Notes under the pieces: model-generated | Told to the model about the DNA's origin: nothing | Databases searched by the model: none | What the model saw: only the letters and a program-made list of their open reading frames with translations | Shown here: positions 1 to 12,357 of the stretch, piece by piece | Layout of the letters: each line of letters opens with the position of its first letter | Position numbering within the stretch: the stretch's first letter is position 1 | Position numbers and translations under genes: made by a program | From: Octopus sinensis | Taxonomy: Eukaryota | Assembly (NCBI RefSeq): GCF_006345805.1 | Contig: NC_043023.1 | Location: 13,950,001-14,014,000 of the forward strand | Direction: 5' to 3' | Length of the DNA stretch: 64,000 nt

Positions 1-850
1 TATATCAAAATAAAAGACAGGATGGTCACAGCTGGAATATCTCTGGTCATAGGTCTGTCTGGATCAGGACTGACCTGGGGCTAAATAACAACAAAAGTTA
101 TAGCTACTAATACTAACTACTATACTATACATTAAATAATGTAGTCCTAGATACACTATGCCTGAATAAAAGATGGGATGGTCACAGCTGGAACGTCTTT
201 GATCATAGGTCTGTCTGGATCAGGACTGACCTGTGGCTAAACACCAACAACAACTATAGCCACTAATACTAACTCCTGTAATGTAGTCCTAGATACACTA
301 TGCCTGAATAAAAGATGGAATGGTCACAGGTGGAACATCTTTGCTCATGGGTCTGTCTGGATCAGGACTGACCTGGGGCTAAACAACAACAACAACAGCA
401 ACAACTATAGCCACTAATACTAACTACTATACATTAGATAATGTAGTCCTAGATACACTATGCCTGAATAAAAGATGGAATGGTCACAGCTGGAACGTCT
501 TTGATCATGGGTCTGTCTGTATCAGGACTGACCTGTGGCTAAACAACAACAACAGCTATAGCCACTAATACTAACTACTATACATTAGATAATGTAGTCC
601 TAGATACACTATGCCTGAATAAAAGATGGAATGGTCACAGCTGGAACGTCTTTGATCATGGGTCTGTCTGTATCAGGACTGACCTGTGGCTAAACAACAA
701 CAACAGCTATAGCCACTAATACTAACTACTATACATTAGATAATGTAGTCCTAGATACACTATGCCTGAATGAAAGATGGGATGGTCACAGGTGGAACGT
801 CTTTGATTGCAAAATCTATCGGATAATGGCCTGACCTGGGGTTAATCAAC
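1..850 (+). repeat. ~150-bp tandem array (retroposon-tail-like unit ending CTGACCTGGGGCTAAACAACAAC)
   Basis: The anchor ATGTAGTCCTAGATACAC recurs at 139, 281, 441, 592 and 743. Confidence 0.9.
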
Positions 851-1143
851 AAGAATAATTAACGGGGTACTTACTCTATAGTTAGCTTTGCAACCCCAGC
901 AGTGTAGTGGGTGCTTTTTATGTGCCACCGGCACAGGAGCCAGTATGGTGCCACTGGCATCTGCCATGCTTGAATGGTGCTTTTTTATGCCCCAAAATGG
1001 TTTTCTCAATGTTTTGGTGTAACGGGGGGGGGGGGAGGGACTAAATGAGATTTTAATAAAATCAAATTAAATCGAAATTCCTCTCTGATTGAATTAGGTT
1101 ACATGTGGTATGAGGGACTTGATTATGATGGCAATGTGAACAT

Positions 1144-1855
1144 TTGCACACACGCATGATCATCATCACCACCATCATCATTATTATCATCAAACCCATA
1201 ACCACCACCATCATCATCATCATCATCACCCCCACCCACACCACCACCATCATCATCAAACCCATAACCACCACCATCATCATCGTCATCACCACCACCA
1301 TCATCATTATTATCATTGTCATTATCATCATCGCCCCCACCCACACCACCACCATCATCATCATCATCACCACCACCATCATCATTATTATCATTGTCAT
1401 TATCATCATCGCCCCCACCCACACCACCACCATCATCATCATCACCACCACCATCATCATTATTATCATTGTCATTATCATCATCGCCCCCACCCACACC
1501 ACCACCATCATCATCATCACCACCACCACCATCATCATTATTATCATTGTCATTATCATCATCGCCCCCACCCACACCACCATCATCATCATCACCACCA
1601 CCACCATCATCATTATTATCATTGTCATTATCATCATCACCCCCACCCACACCACCACCATCATCATCAAACCCATAACCACCACCATCATCATCATCAT
1701 CATTATCACCATCATCATCATTGCCATTATCATTATCACCACCATCATCATCATTGCCCACATCATTATCAGCATCATCATCATTATCAGCATCATCATC
1801 ACTATCATCATCATTATCACCATCATCATCATCATTGCCATTATCATTATCACCA
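1144..1855. repeat. Compound (CAT/CAC)n repeat with 75-78-bp higher-order unit
   Basis: GCCCCCACCCACACC recurs at 1333, 1411, 1486 and 1564. Confidence 0.9.
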
Positions 1856-2600
1856 CCAGACCAACTTCTACCACGTTCCAGGGAGACAAACTAGAAGTAG
1901 TTGATAGCTTCCGCTACCTAGGAGACCAAGTCAGTAGCGGGGGTGGGTGTGCTGAAAGTGTAACTGCTAGAGTAAGAATAGCCTGGGCAAAGTTCAGAGA
2001 GCTCTTACCCCTGCTGGTGACAAAAGGCCTCTCGCTCAGAGTAAAAGGCAGACTGTATGATGCATGTGTACGTACAGCCATGCTACATGGTAGTGAAACA
2101 TGGGCCGTGACTGCTGAGGATATGCGTAAGCTCGCAAGAAATGAAACCAGTATGCTCCGATGGATGTGTAATGTCAGTGTTCATACCCGACAGAGTGTAA
2201 GTACCTTGAGAGAAAAGTTGGACCTAAGAAGCATCAGATGTGGTGTGCAAGAGAGACGGCTGCGCTGGTATGGTCATGTGGCGAGAATGGCTGAAGATAG
2301 GTGTGTGAGAAAGTGCTACACCCTAGCAGTTGAGGGAACCGTGGAAGAGGTAGACCCAGGAAAACCTGGGAGGAGGTGGTGAAGTACGACCTTTGAACTT
2401 TAGGTCTCACCAAGGAAATGACTAGAGACCGAGACCTATGGAAGTATGCTGTGTGTGAGAAGACCAGGCAAGACTAGTCAGGCCATAACCCGTGGCCCCT
2501 ACCTGGAACGTAGTCAGTCCACCTGTGCATACCTTCCTTCTTGTGACAATTGTGAAGACCTGTTGAGGCAAGTGAAAATCAATCAAAACAAATCAAAATA
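1856..2600 (+). mobile_element. 5'-truncated RTE-clade LINE (RT thumb/C-terminus + 3' UTR)
   Basis: LEVVDSFRYLG...RVRIAWAKF...LYDACVRTAMLHGSETW...RRLRWYGHVARM; a frameshift near 2340 removes the RGRPRKTW motif from the frame. Confidence 0.9.
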
Positions 2601-2609
2601 GATGAACAT

Positions 2610-3000
2610 CAATGGAATTTGTATTTTTGTGGTACCAGTGCCGGTGGCACACAAGAAAACCATCCGAACGTGGCCGTAGCCAGTACCGCATCGACTGGCC
2701 TCCGTGCTGTGGGCACGTAACAAACACCATCCGATCGTGGCCGTTCGCCAGCCTCATCTGGCACCTGTGTCGGTGGCACATAAAAACACCATCCGAGCGT
2801 GGCCGTTCGCCAGCCTCGTCTGGCACCTGTGTCGGTGGCACATAAAATCACCCACTACACTCTCGGAGTGGTTGGCGTTAGGAAGGGCATCCAGCTGTAG
2901 AAACACTGCCAGATCAGACTGGCCTGGTGCAGCCTTCGGGCTCCCCAGACCCCAGTTGAACCGTCCAACCCATGCTAGCATGGAAAGCGGACGTTAAATG
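2610..3000 (+). mobile_element. Retroposon with (GAT)n tail and internal GTGGCAC-TAAAA-CACC tandem modules (SINE/RTE-related)
   Basis: Core GTTGGCGTTAGGAAGGGCATCCAGCTGTAGAAAC ... CATGCTAGCATGG...GACGTTAAA + (GAT)n; related copies near 12430-12625, 23950-24420, 24812-25215, 28745-28885 and 59820-60200. Confidence 0.75.
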
Positions 3001-3398
3001 AATGATGATGATGACTGATCATCATCATCATTGCCCACATCATTATCACCATCATCATCACTATCATCATCATTACCCACATCATTATCACCATCATCAT
3101 CATCATTATCATTATCACCATCATCACCATCGCCAACATCATTATCACCATCATCATTGTCATCATCATTATTTAATGTACACTTTTCCATGCTTGCATG
3201 GGTCAGATGAAATTTATGTGAGACAGATTTTCTGTGGCCAGCTGGCCTTCCTGTTAACGACATATATCCATTTGTGCATGATGGCCATGGCAGGAATACA
3301 GCAGTCCCTTCAATGATACGTACATATAAACAAACACTTATAACAGTCACACCTTCGTTTTTTTTCTTTTCATCCTTATTTTCTTTCTGCCCCTCCAG

Positions 3399-3524
3399 GG
3401 TGAAACTGCTCTGGACATTGCTCTGTCCCTGAAAAACAGCTCAGTTATCCGCTGGCTGCGGACCGCACGAGCAGAGCGAGGAATCGGACACAAGCATTGT
3501 TTACAAGTTCTCACTTCAAAGAAG
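3399..3524 (+). CDS. ZDHHC17: ZDHHC17/HIP14-like palmitoyltransferase, internal coding exon A (end of ankyrin region)
   Basis: Polypyrimidine tract + CAG acceptor, GTAAGT donor; 126 nt, phase 0-0; GETALDIALSLKNSSVIRWLRTARAERGIGHKHCLQVLTSKK resembles the HIP14 segment GESALDLAKQRKNVWMINHLQEARQAKG (recalled). Upstream exons lie outside the window. Confidence 0.88.
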
Positions 3525-3875
3525 GTAAGTTTGCCAGACATTGTTCCTTACTTGTATTTGTACTTGTCAGGCGGTACTGGCATCGGCCATGCTCAAATGG
3601 TGCTTTTTATGTACCACTGGCACAGGTGCCAATCAGGTAGTACTGTCATCAGCCACAATAGCGATTTCACTAGCCTCAACAGGACTTCACAAGCATAGTT
3701 TATAGTCCAATGATTGAAGGGTACTCTTAAATGGGCTGGTTATGCAGCACAGGCATAGGCCACGGTTATGGTCTCACTTGGCTTGTGGGGTCTTCACACA
3801 CACTGCATATTTCCAAAGATCTCTGTCACTTGTCATTGTCTCGGTGAGGCCCAATGTCCGAAGGTCATCCTTCAC

Positions 3876-4200
3876 CTTGTACTTGTACTTGTGACAGCGT
3901 TCACCCAGGGTGGGTTGAGCCGGCTTCTTCTCTGGTCCTGACGGCATCACGAACCATGGCTGCCCATGCTCGATGGTTCTGTGCGAGGTCACTGGAGATA
4001 GCGAGCCATTCGCGGTTCCATCTGGAATTCATAGAAGAAGTTTTGTGGGAATATTGAATTCACAAGCGGTCTCCGATATCCCGAGTGTCAGGACGCACTG
4101 TTTGCCATGGAGTCTCCACAGACGCAGGGACAGAATGACCTCGAAGCTGCCGGTTGCCGATGAGACGCCTCTTGGAATTTTCACCGAGCGGTATTAGACA
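3876..4200 (-). mobile_element. 3' end of a second RTE-type LINE
   Basis: Minus frame WLAISSDLAQNHRAWAAMVRDAVRTREEAGSTHPG* followed by an (ACAAGT)n tail. Confidence 0.7.
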
Positions 4201-4556
4201 TTGTTCCTGTCAGGGGTTTTCTTTAAAAGATTGTCTTTATTATGCGATTCTTAAGTGTCGACCGTAAGTAAGGACAGACACAAAAATTGGAGGAAATTGA
4301 AGAAAATGAATTAAGCTTTTTTTTTTTATTTTACCAATTTTCTCTGCTCTTACTCCTTACTTATTTGAATCATTTGGCTGTGGCCATGCTGGAGCACTGC
4401 CTTTTTTTAGTCGAGCAAATCGACCCCAGGACTTATTCTTTGTAAGCCTAATACTTATTCTATCGGTCTCTTTTGCCGAACCATTAAGTTACGGGGACAT
4501 AAATACACCAGCATCGGTTGTCAAGCGATGTTGGTGGGACAAACACAGACACACAA

Positions 4557-4643
<87 letters not shown>

Positions 4644-4725
4644 GACAGGATTCTTTCAGTTTCCGTCTACCAAATCCATTCGCAAGACTTTGGTCGGCCC
4701 AAAGTGTTTAAATGTACACTAATTT

Positions 4726-4780
<55 letters not shown>

Positions 4781-5039
4781 CTGTATGAGTTAGCGGTTGA
4801 CTAACCATCTAAGGGATATTAAATAGCCAATATACTACTGGATGTATCCGTACCACTAAGTTACGGGGACGTAAACACACCAGCATCGGTTGTCAAGCGA
4901 TGTTGGTGGGGACAAACACAGACACACAAACATACACACACACATAGACACACACACACGCATACATATATACAACAGGCTTCTTTCAGTTAAACGATGA
5001 TGATGTATATATATCTATATCTCAAACAATAAATGTGTG

Positions 5040-5700
5040 GGATCTTTTCGGTTTGAACGGCAGTTTTTTCTAGCGGGGTCATATGAAATTGTCACCCATA
5101 ATTATGACCCTAGTATCGATCTATTGCATTTCAATCTGTTTTAGGGTTAGGGGTTTGGGGTGCGGTGAAGGGTATCTTTTTTTCTTTATAAATGTAAATA
5201 AATCCAATCTGTTTCTTAAACGAGGGACATATTCATACGGCACAGAATGTTTTTTTTTCACCTCAATAGACGTCATTGATTGGTTGAAATTGCAGAAATT
5301 GAAGAAACAACAACAACAAATATCTTACAAACTATAGAATTTTCTCAATAAAGCCAAGAGAAAAAGATGTTTTATAAACACATTCTACCAGTATACGAAG
5401 TTTAAAAGTGTTTAGTTACGTGGAAATTATTTTAAAAAACTGCCGTTCAAACCGAAAAGATCCCTGTTTCTTAAACGAGGGACATATTCCTACGGCACAG
5501 AATTTTTTTTACCTCAATAGACATCATTGATCGGTTGAAATTGAGGAAATTGAAGAAAAAACAACAACAAATATCTTACAAACTATAGACTTTTCTCAAT
5601 AAAGCCAAGAGAAAAAGATGTATACCAGTATACGAAGTTTAAAAGTGTTTAGTTACGTGGAAATTATTTTGAAAAACTGCCGGTCAAACCGAAAAGATCC
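5040..5700. mobile_element. MITE family with GGATCTTTTC(G/C)...AACGGCAGTTTT TIRs and internal TTAGGG runs, with partial tandem duplication
   Basis: TIRs at 5040 and 5463/5700; further copies at about 36325-37266, 44298-44600, 46953-47745, 52501-53194 and 56238-57341. Confidence 0.85.
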
Positions 5701-5797
5701 TATATAAAGATAAACCTGTCATTTATAACTTACTTATAAAGTGTTATCATTATACATAAATCCCGACTCCAGCTACATAAAAACATCTCTTTTTCAG

Positions 5798-5937
5798 TCT
5801 GTGCGTACAAACGTGATGAGCATCTTCCCGTTTGTGGCTGTCTTCGTCCTGGGTTACATCCCTGAACTCTCCCTCAGGTGGTACTACAAGCTGCTTCTCT
5901 ACCTTCTGGCTGCTGGGGTTGCAAAGCTAACTATAGA
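5798..5937 (+). CDS. ZDHHC17: ZDHHC17-like exon B (TM helices)
   Basis: TTTTCAG acceptor, GTAAGT donor; 140 nt, phase 0-2; SVRTNVMSIFPFVAVFVLGYIPELSLRWYYKLLLYLLAAGVAKLTIE is hydrophobic and in phase with its neighbours. Confidence 0.88.
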
Positions 5938-6004
5938 GTAAGTACCCCGTTAATTATTCTTGTTGATTAACTCCAGGTCAGGCCATTATCCAATAGATTT
6001 TGCA

Positions 6005-6260
6005 ATCAAAGACGTTCCAGCTGTGACCATCCCATCTTTCATTCAGGGATAGTGTATCTAGGACTACATTATCCAATGTATAGTATAGTAGTTAGTATTA
6101 GTGGCTATAGTTACTGTTGTTGTTTAGCCCCAGGTCAGTCCTGATCCAGACAGACCGATGACCAAAGATGTTCCAGCTGTGACCATCCCATCTTTTATTC
6201 AGGCATAGTGTATCTAGGACTACATTATCCAATGTATAGCATTGTTGTTTGTTTTTGTGG
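6005..6260 (-). repeat. Inverted copies of the ~150-bp unit
   Basis: Reverse complement of the 1-850 unit, about 1.5 copies. Confidence 0.85.
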
Positions 6261-6291
6261 CTAATAATAATAATAATGATAATAATAATAA

Positions 6292-6847
6292 ATGCCCTGA
6301 TGCAGTACCAGGCAGTGGCTCTCATGGCTTCTGATCTTAACTGATTGTAAGTGTTATCATTTACATTGTTTTGTCTTGGTATAAGAGATGGGCTACAGCA
6401 AATATTCTGCTCAATACTACAGATTTGCTTGTCAGTTGTTTGACCGTAACCAGTTGAGCATGTCCCTTAGTGGCTGACTATATGTGCATCTCTGACCATG
6501 AGCAGAAGTAGTGGGGGAGCATCATAGCCATATGTTCAGAGAAATTATTTGGGGTTTGAATAATTCACCTCTGGAAACATAGGTGGTTCATTCAACATCC
6601 TTAAACAACCCTTATTCAGGGACCTTTTGAGTGGGATGGGTTACTCGACCTGAATAAAATTCTAACTGGGTCCCACCTGCAAGGTCATGCACTGTTTATC
6701 CTGATATGAGATCACCATGTCGTGCACATATGGTTGTGATGCATGTGCCTAGTGTATCCTTATCAGACGGGTAGTCATGATGGGTCTACTGGGCTTTGGA
6801 TATTTTACCCCAGTGTCAATTTGATGGCATGCAATGCTCTCTCACTC
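6292..6847. mobile_element. Non-coding element inserted in an (AAT)n tract
   Basis: Flanked by (AAT)n on both sides; a reverse-complement partial copy at about 9672-9780 also abuts (TTA)n. Confidence 0.65.
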
Positions 6848-6870
6848 AATAATAATAATAATAATAATAA

Positions 6871-7365
6871 AGACTATAAAAGCTAATAAACCGGATATTA
6901 TTATAAAAGATCGGACAAAAAAGATGTGTTTATTAATTGACATGAGTATCCCTTGTGATCACAATATAGCAGCGAAAGAATTTGACAAGATTAGTAAATA
7001 TAAAGACCTGCTAATGGAAATTGAAAAAATGTGGCATCTCAAGGCGACTACAGTACCAGTGATTGTAGGATCTCTAGGAATGATAAAAAAAGGTACTGAA
7101 ACCTATTTGAAAATGATTCCAGGCTTACCATCCCTACAGGAAGTGCAAAAAATCGTATTAACTGGAACGGCTCATGTACTGAGAAGAGCACTCACGATGT
7201 GAAAACAACATCCATCCATGAATTTATTTATTTATTAATTTTTAAATACATATTCTATCTGTGAATTTGCGCGTGTAATCTGGGAATGCATGCAATGAGC
7301 TTCTCTGTCCTAGGTGTATGGAAAACACTTGGCGAGAAACGGAAGAAAATTTGAAGAAAGAAGGA
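6871..7365 (+). mobile_element. 5'-truncated R4/Dong-clade LINE (restriction-like endonuclease C-terminus + 3' UTR)
   Basis: NKPDIIIKDR...LLIDMSIP...KISKYKDL...VPVIVGSLG (PD..D..K RLE motif), stop at 7202; embedded in (AAT)n at both ends. Confidence 0.85.
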
Positions 7366-7419
7366 AATAATAATAACAACAATAATAATAATAATAATGA
7401 TATATTTTGTATTTTGCAG

Positions 7420-7520
7420 GTTATTTTTTGACAACAACGTAAGTGTGGTTGTTCCGAAGTACGTGTCCCTTGCTACAGTGTTCTGGTTATACACAACATG
7501 GTTTATTTGTCTGCTGCCTT
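7420..7520 (+). CDS. ZDHHC17: ZDHHC17-like exon C
   Basis: TTTTGCAG acceptor, GTATCC donor; 101 nt, phase 2-1; LFFDNNVSVVVPKYVSLATVFWLYTTWFICLLP aligns length-for-length with the recalled HIP14 segment SFFDHSMHSALPLGIYLATKFWMYVTWFFWFWN. Confidence 0.85.
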
Positions 7521-7871
7521 GTATCCTTTTCATAGCTTATCATCTTCTCTTTGTTTGGTATTGCGGCCAGGCTGGGGCACTTCCTTCAAAGGTTTCTGTT
7601 GGTTGAACAAAAAAAACAAACTGATCTCGGGATTTCTTTTTGTTTTGTTTTCTTTTTCTTTTGTTTTTAAAGCCCGGTACTTATTCTATCAGTCTCTTTT
7701 GCTGAACTGCTAAGTTAGGGTGACATAAAATGAACACACCAGCACCAGTTGTGAAGCACTGGGATGGAGTTGACACATGCACACAGTCTCTCTCTCTCAC
7801 ACACACATACACACGCACACACACACACACACAAACACACCCACGAACAAACACACACACGCACAAACACA

Positions 7872-7912
<41 letters not shown>

Positions 7913-8394
7913 CACACGTGTGATGATGAAGACGTAGGCCTACTCTCTTTTACTCTTTTCAGTCATTTTGACTGCGGCCATGCTGGAGCATCGCCTTTAG
8001 TCGAGCAAATCGACCCCGGGACTTATTCTTTGTAAGCCTAGTACTTATTCTATCGGTCTCTTTTGCCGAACTGCTAAGTAACGGGGATGTAAACACACCA
8101 GCATCGGTTGTCAAGCAATACTAGGGGGACAAACACAGACACACACACATACTCACACACACACACATATGCATTCATAGAAAGAACATCGACTCTCTCT
8201 TTTACTCTTTTACTTGTTTCAGTCATTTGATTGCGGCCATGCTGGAGCATCACATTTAGTCGAGCAAATCGACCCCGGGACTCATTCTTTGTAAGCCTAG
8301 TACTTATTCTATCGGTATCTTTTACCGAACTGCTAAGTGACAGGGACGTAAACACACCAGTATCGGTTGTCAAGCGATGTTGGTAGGGGAGGAA

Positions 8395-8438
<44 letters not shown>

Positions 8439-8649
8439 CATATATACGATGGTCTTCTTTCAGTTTCCATCTACCAAATCCACTCACAAAGAGTAAGAGA
8501 GTATACCTGTAACAAACTTTTTACTTGCTATTTTCATATTTTCATTGCTTGCTCTAGCAGGCTGTCGTTTTGGATATGTGTATATATATCTATGAGATTC
8601 TTGCTACACATCTGACATTATATCTGATCCCTTAACTCTCCCCTCCCAG

Positions 8650-8774
8650 ATCATTCCGCCAGCGCTGTCCCCTTCATATTTGCTCTGCTTTCTTCTGCGA
8701 TGTTTTATAATTTATGGAAAAGTTGGCGTTCGGATCCGGGATTCATATCAGCCACAAGAGATGAAAAATACCAG
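8650..8774 (+). CDS. ZDHHC17: ZDHHC17-like exon D (SDPG motif)
   Basis: CCCTCCCAG acceptor, GTGAGT donor; 125 nt, phase 1-0; (Y)HSASAVPFIFALLSSAMFYNLWKSWRSDPGFISATRDEKYQ. Confidence 0.93.
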
Positions 8775-8797
8775 GTGAGTCATCCATCTCTCTGCCA

Positions 8798-8838
<41 letters not shown>

Positions 8839-9775
8839 TGCCTCTCTCCTGTGTCTGTCTCTCTCTGTTCTTCTCCCTCTCTCTCTGCTCTTCTCTGTTT
8901 GTCACTCTTTCTCTCTAGTCTCTCTCTCTCTCTCTCCAACCTCTGCCTCTCTTTCTCTCCAGCCTCTCTCTCTCCAGTCTCTCTGTCTTCTCTGTCTCTC
9001 TTTCTGTCTCTCTCAAATCTCTTTCTCTCTCTCCCCAGTCTCTCTCTCTTCAGTCTCTCTCTCTCTTCAGTCTCTTTCTCCAATCTCTCTCTATCCTCTC
9101 TCTCTCTTGCTGAGTGTCTCTCTCTCTCTCTCCAGTTTCTCCGATCTGTTTTGTTATCTCTCTCTTACCTTTCCTCCCTTCCTTTATCTCTTCCTTCTCT
9201 CTCTCTCCCTCATCCTCCTGCTCTTTCACTTCCCCCCTCTTCTAATCCACCTCTTCATACTCTCCACCTTTCTCCCTTCTCTCCTCACCCTACACTATTC
9301 TTATCTCTCCTACTCTCTGTCTTCCCACACTCCCTCTTCCATTCTACTCTCTCCTTCCTCCTCTGTCCTCTGCCTCCTACTCTCCCCTCCATTCTCTCTC
9401 TCCCCTCTCTTGCTCTCCCTCTCTCCCATACAAGATTACCTATTTCTTTACTACCCACAAGGGGCTAAACACAGAGGGGACAAACAAGGACAGACAGACG
9501 GATTAAGTCGATTATATCGACCCCAGTGCATAACTGGTACTTAATTTATCAACCCCAAAAGGATGAAAGGCAAAGTCGACCTTGGTGGAATTTGAACTCA
9601 GAACGTAACGGCAGACGAAATACTGCTAAGCATTTCGCCCAGAGTTCTAACGTTTCTGCCACCTCACCACCTTAAACCCATCTTTTATACCAAGACAAAA
9701 CAATGTACATGATGACACTTCCAATCAGTTAAGATCAGAAGCCATGAGAGCCACTGCCTGGTACTGCATCAGGGC

Positions 9776-9826
<51 letters not shown>

Positions 9827-9832
9827 CATCGT

Positions 9833-10218
9833 GGAGGCGCAATGGCCCAGTGGTTAGGGCAGCGGACTCGCGGTCGTAGGATTGCGGTTTCGATTCCCAG
9901 ACCGGGCGTTGTGAGTGTTTATTGAGCGAAAACACCTAAAAGCTCCACGAGGCTCCCGCAGGGGATGATGGTGATCCCTGCTGTACTCTTTCACCACAAC
10001 TTTCTCTCACTCTTACTTCCTGTTTCTGTTGTACCTGTATTTCAAAGGGCCGGCCTTGTCACTCTCTGTGTCACGCTGAATATCCCCGAGAACTATGTTA
10101 AGGGTACACGTGTCTGTGGAGTGCTCAGCCACTTACACGTTAATTTCACAAGCAGGCTGTTCCGTTGATTCGGATCAACCGGAACCCTCGTCGTCGTAAC
10201 CGACGGAGTGCTTCCACC
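9833..10218 (+). mobile_element. tRNA-derived SINE (family C)
   Basis: Head GGAGGCGCAATGGCCCAGTGGTTAGGG...GGTTTCGATTCCC (pol III A/B boxes) followed by a non-tRNA body; related copy at about 59083-59365. Confidence 0.8.
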
Positions 10219-10477
10219 ATTATCATCATCATTGTTATTATTATTATTTTTATTATTATTATTATTATTAAGGTGGTGAGCTGGCAGAATCGTTAGCATT
10301 GCTGGGTAAAATGCTTTGTGGCATTTTATCTGTCCTTACGTTCTGAGTAAAAAAAGGTACCTTGATGAATTCTTTGCCATGAAACCCCATCACTCCTCTC
10401 TGACCCTTCACGCTAAACCTTCATTTCTCTCACTCCACCCTCGCCGCCCTTCACCAAAAACCTTCATTCTTTTCCAG

Positions 10478-10634
10478 ACAATTCTAGAGTTTGCCGAGCT
10501 TCAGTCTATCAGTATGAACCAGTTCTGCAGCACGTGTGTTGTGAAAAGGCCGATTCGATCGAAACACTGTTCGGTTTGTAACAAATGTGTAGCCAAAATG
10601 GACCACCACTGTCCATGGATAAATAACTGCGTAG
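10478..10634 (+). CDS. ZDHHC17: ZDHHC17-like exon E (DHHC cysteine-rich catalytic domain)
   Basis: TTTTCCAG acceptor, GTAAGA donor; 157 nt, phase 0-1; [53 protein letters not shown] carries the canonical DHHC-CRD. Confidence 0.97.
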
Positions 10635-10669
10635 GTAAGAGCCACTTTGATTTGAATCTTGATACTTGC

Positions 10670-11492
10670 TGTTGCTGTTGTTTAGCCCCGGGTCAGTCCT
10701 GATCCAGACAGACCCATGATCAAAGATGTTCCAGCTGTGACCATCCCATCTTTTATTCAGGCATAGTGTATCTAGGAGTACATTATCTAATGTATAGTAT
10801 AGTAGTTAGTATTAGTGGCTATAGTTGTTGTTTAGCCCTAGGTCAGTCCTGATCAAGTAGACCTATGATCAAAGATGGTCCAGCTGTGACCATCCCATCA
10901 TTTATTCAGGCATAGTGCATCTAGAACTACATTATGTAATGTATAGTATAGTAGTTAGTATTAGTGGCTATAGTTGGTATTTAGCCCCAGGTCAGACCTG
11001 ATCCAGACAGACCTATGATCAAAGACGTTCCACCTGTGACCATCCCATCTTTCATTCAGGCATAGTGTATCTAGGACTACATTATCTAATGTATAGTATA
11101 GCAGTTAGTATTAGTGGCTGCTATTATTGTTGTTTAGCCCCAGGTAAGTCCTGATCCAGACAGACCTTTGATCAATGACGTTCCATCTGTGACCATCCCA
11201 CCTTTTATTCAGGCATGGTGTATCTAGGACTACATTATCTAATGTATAGTATAGTAGTTAGGATTAGAGGCTGCTATTATTGTTGTTTAGCCCCAGGTCA
11301 GTCCTGATCCAGACAGGCTTCTGATCAAATATGGTCCAGCTGTGACCATCCCATCTTTTATTCAGGCATAGTGTATCTAGGACTACATAATCTAATGTAT
11401 AGTAGTTAGTATTAGTGGCTATAGCTGTTGTTGTTGTTGTTTAGCCCTAGGTCAAGCCTGATCCAGACACACCTATGATCAAAGATGTTCCA
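10670..11492 (-). repeat. Inverted tandem array of the ~150-bp unit (about 5.5 copies)
   Basis: GACTACAT(T/A)ATCTAATGTATAG-like anchor recurs about every 150 bp; starts just after the DHHC exon donor. Confidence 0.9.
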
Positions 11493-11504
11493 GTGTTTAC
11501 TTAG

Positions 11505-11742
11505 TCTCTTACTCTCTCCTTTACTCTTTTACTTGTTTCAGTCATTTGACTGCGGCCATGCTGGAGCACCGCCTTTAGTCGAGCAAATCGACCCCAGGAC
11601 TTATTCTTTTGTAAGCCCAGTACTTATTCTATCAGTCTCTTTTGCCGAACCGCTAAGTGACGAGGACGTAAACACACCAGCATCGGTTGTCAAGCGATGT
11701 TGGGGAACAAACACAGACACACAAACATACACACACACATAA

Positions 11743-11777
<35 letters not shown>

Positions 11778-12357
11778 CTATATATATATATATATATATG
11801 ATGGGCTTCTTTCAGTTTCCGTCTACCAAATCCACTCACAAGGCATTGGTCGGCCTGAGGCTATAGCAGAAGACACTTGCTCAAGGTGCCACGCAGTGGG
11901 ACTGAACCCGGAACCATGTGGTTGGTAAGCAAGCTACTTACCACACAGCCCTCCTGCACCTATATATATATATATATATATATTAATATATATATATATG
12001 CGACAGGCTTCTTTCAGTTTCCGTCTACCAAATCCACTCAAGGCTTTGGTCGGCCCGGGGCTATAGCAGAAGACCACTTGCCCAAGATGCCCACGAGTGG
12101 GACTGAACCGGAACCATGTGGTTGGTTAGCAAGCTACTTTATGACACAGCCATCCTGCACCTATATATATATATACACACACACACATATATACGACAGG
12201 CTTCTTTCAGTTTCTGTCAACCAAATCCACTGACAAGGCTCTGGTCGGCCTGAGGCTATAGCAGAAGACACTTGCCCAAGATGCCACGCAGTGGGACTGA
12301 ACCCGGAACCATGTGGTTGGTAAGCAAGCTACTTACCACACACCCACTCCTACACCT
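11505..12357 (-). mobile_element. tRNA-derived SINE family A: one full copy plus tandem extra heads
   Basis: Family consensus GGCGCAGGAGTGGCTGTGTGGTAAG...GGTTCAGTCCC...TTGGGCAAGTGTC... microsatellite ...GACTGAAACAAGTAAAAGAG; over 20 full or partial copies across the window. Confidence 0.9.

Noticed and set aside
8748-9544. Ser/Leu- or Glu/Arg-rich ORFs (also 31137-32549)
   Set aside because: Frames through (CT)n/(GA)n tracts; only 8650-8774 is a real exon.
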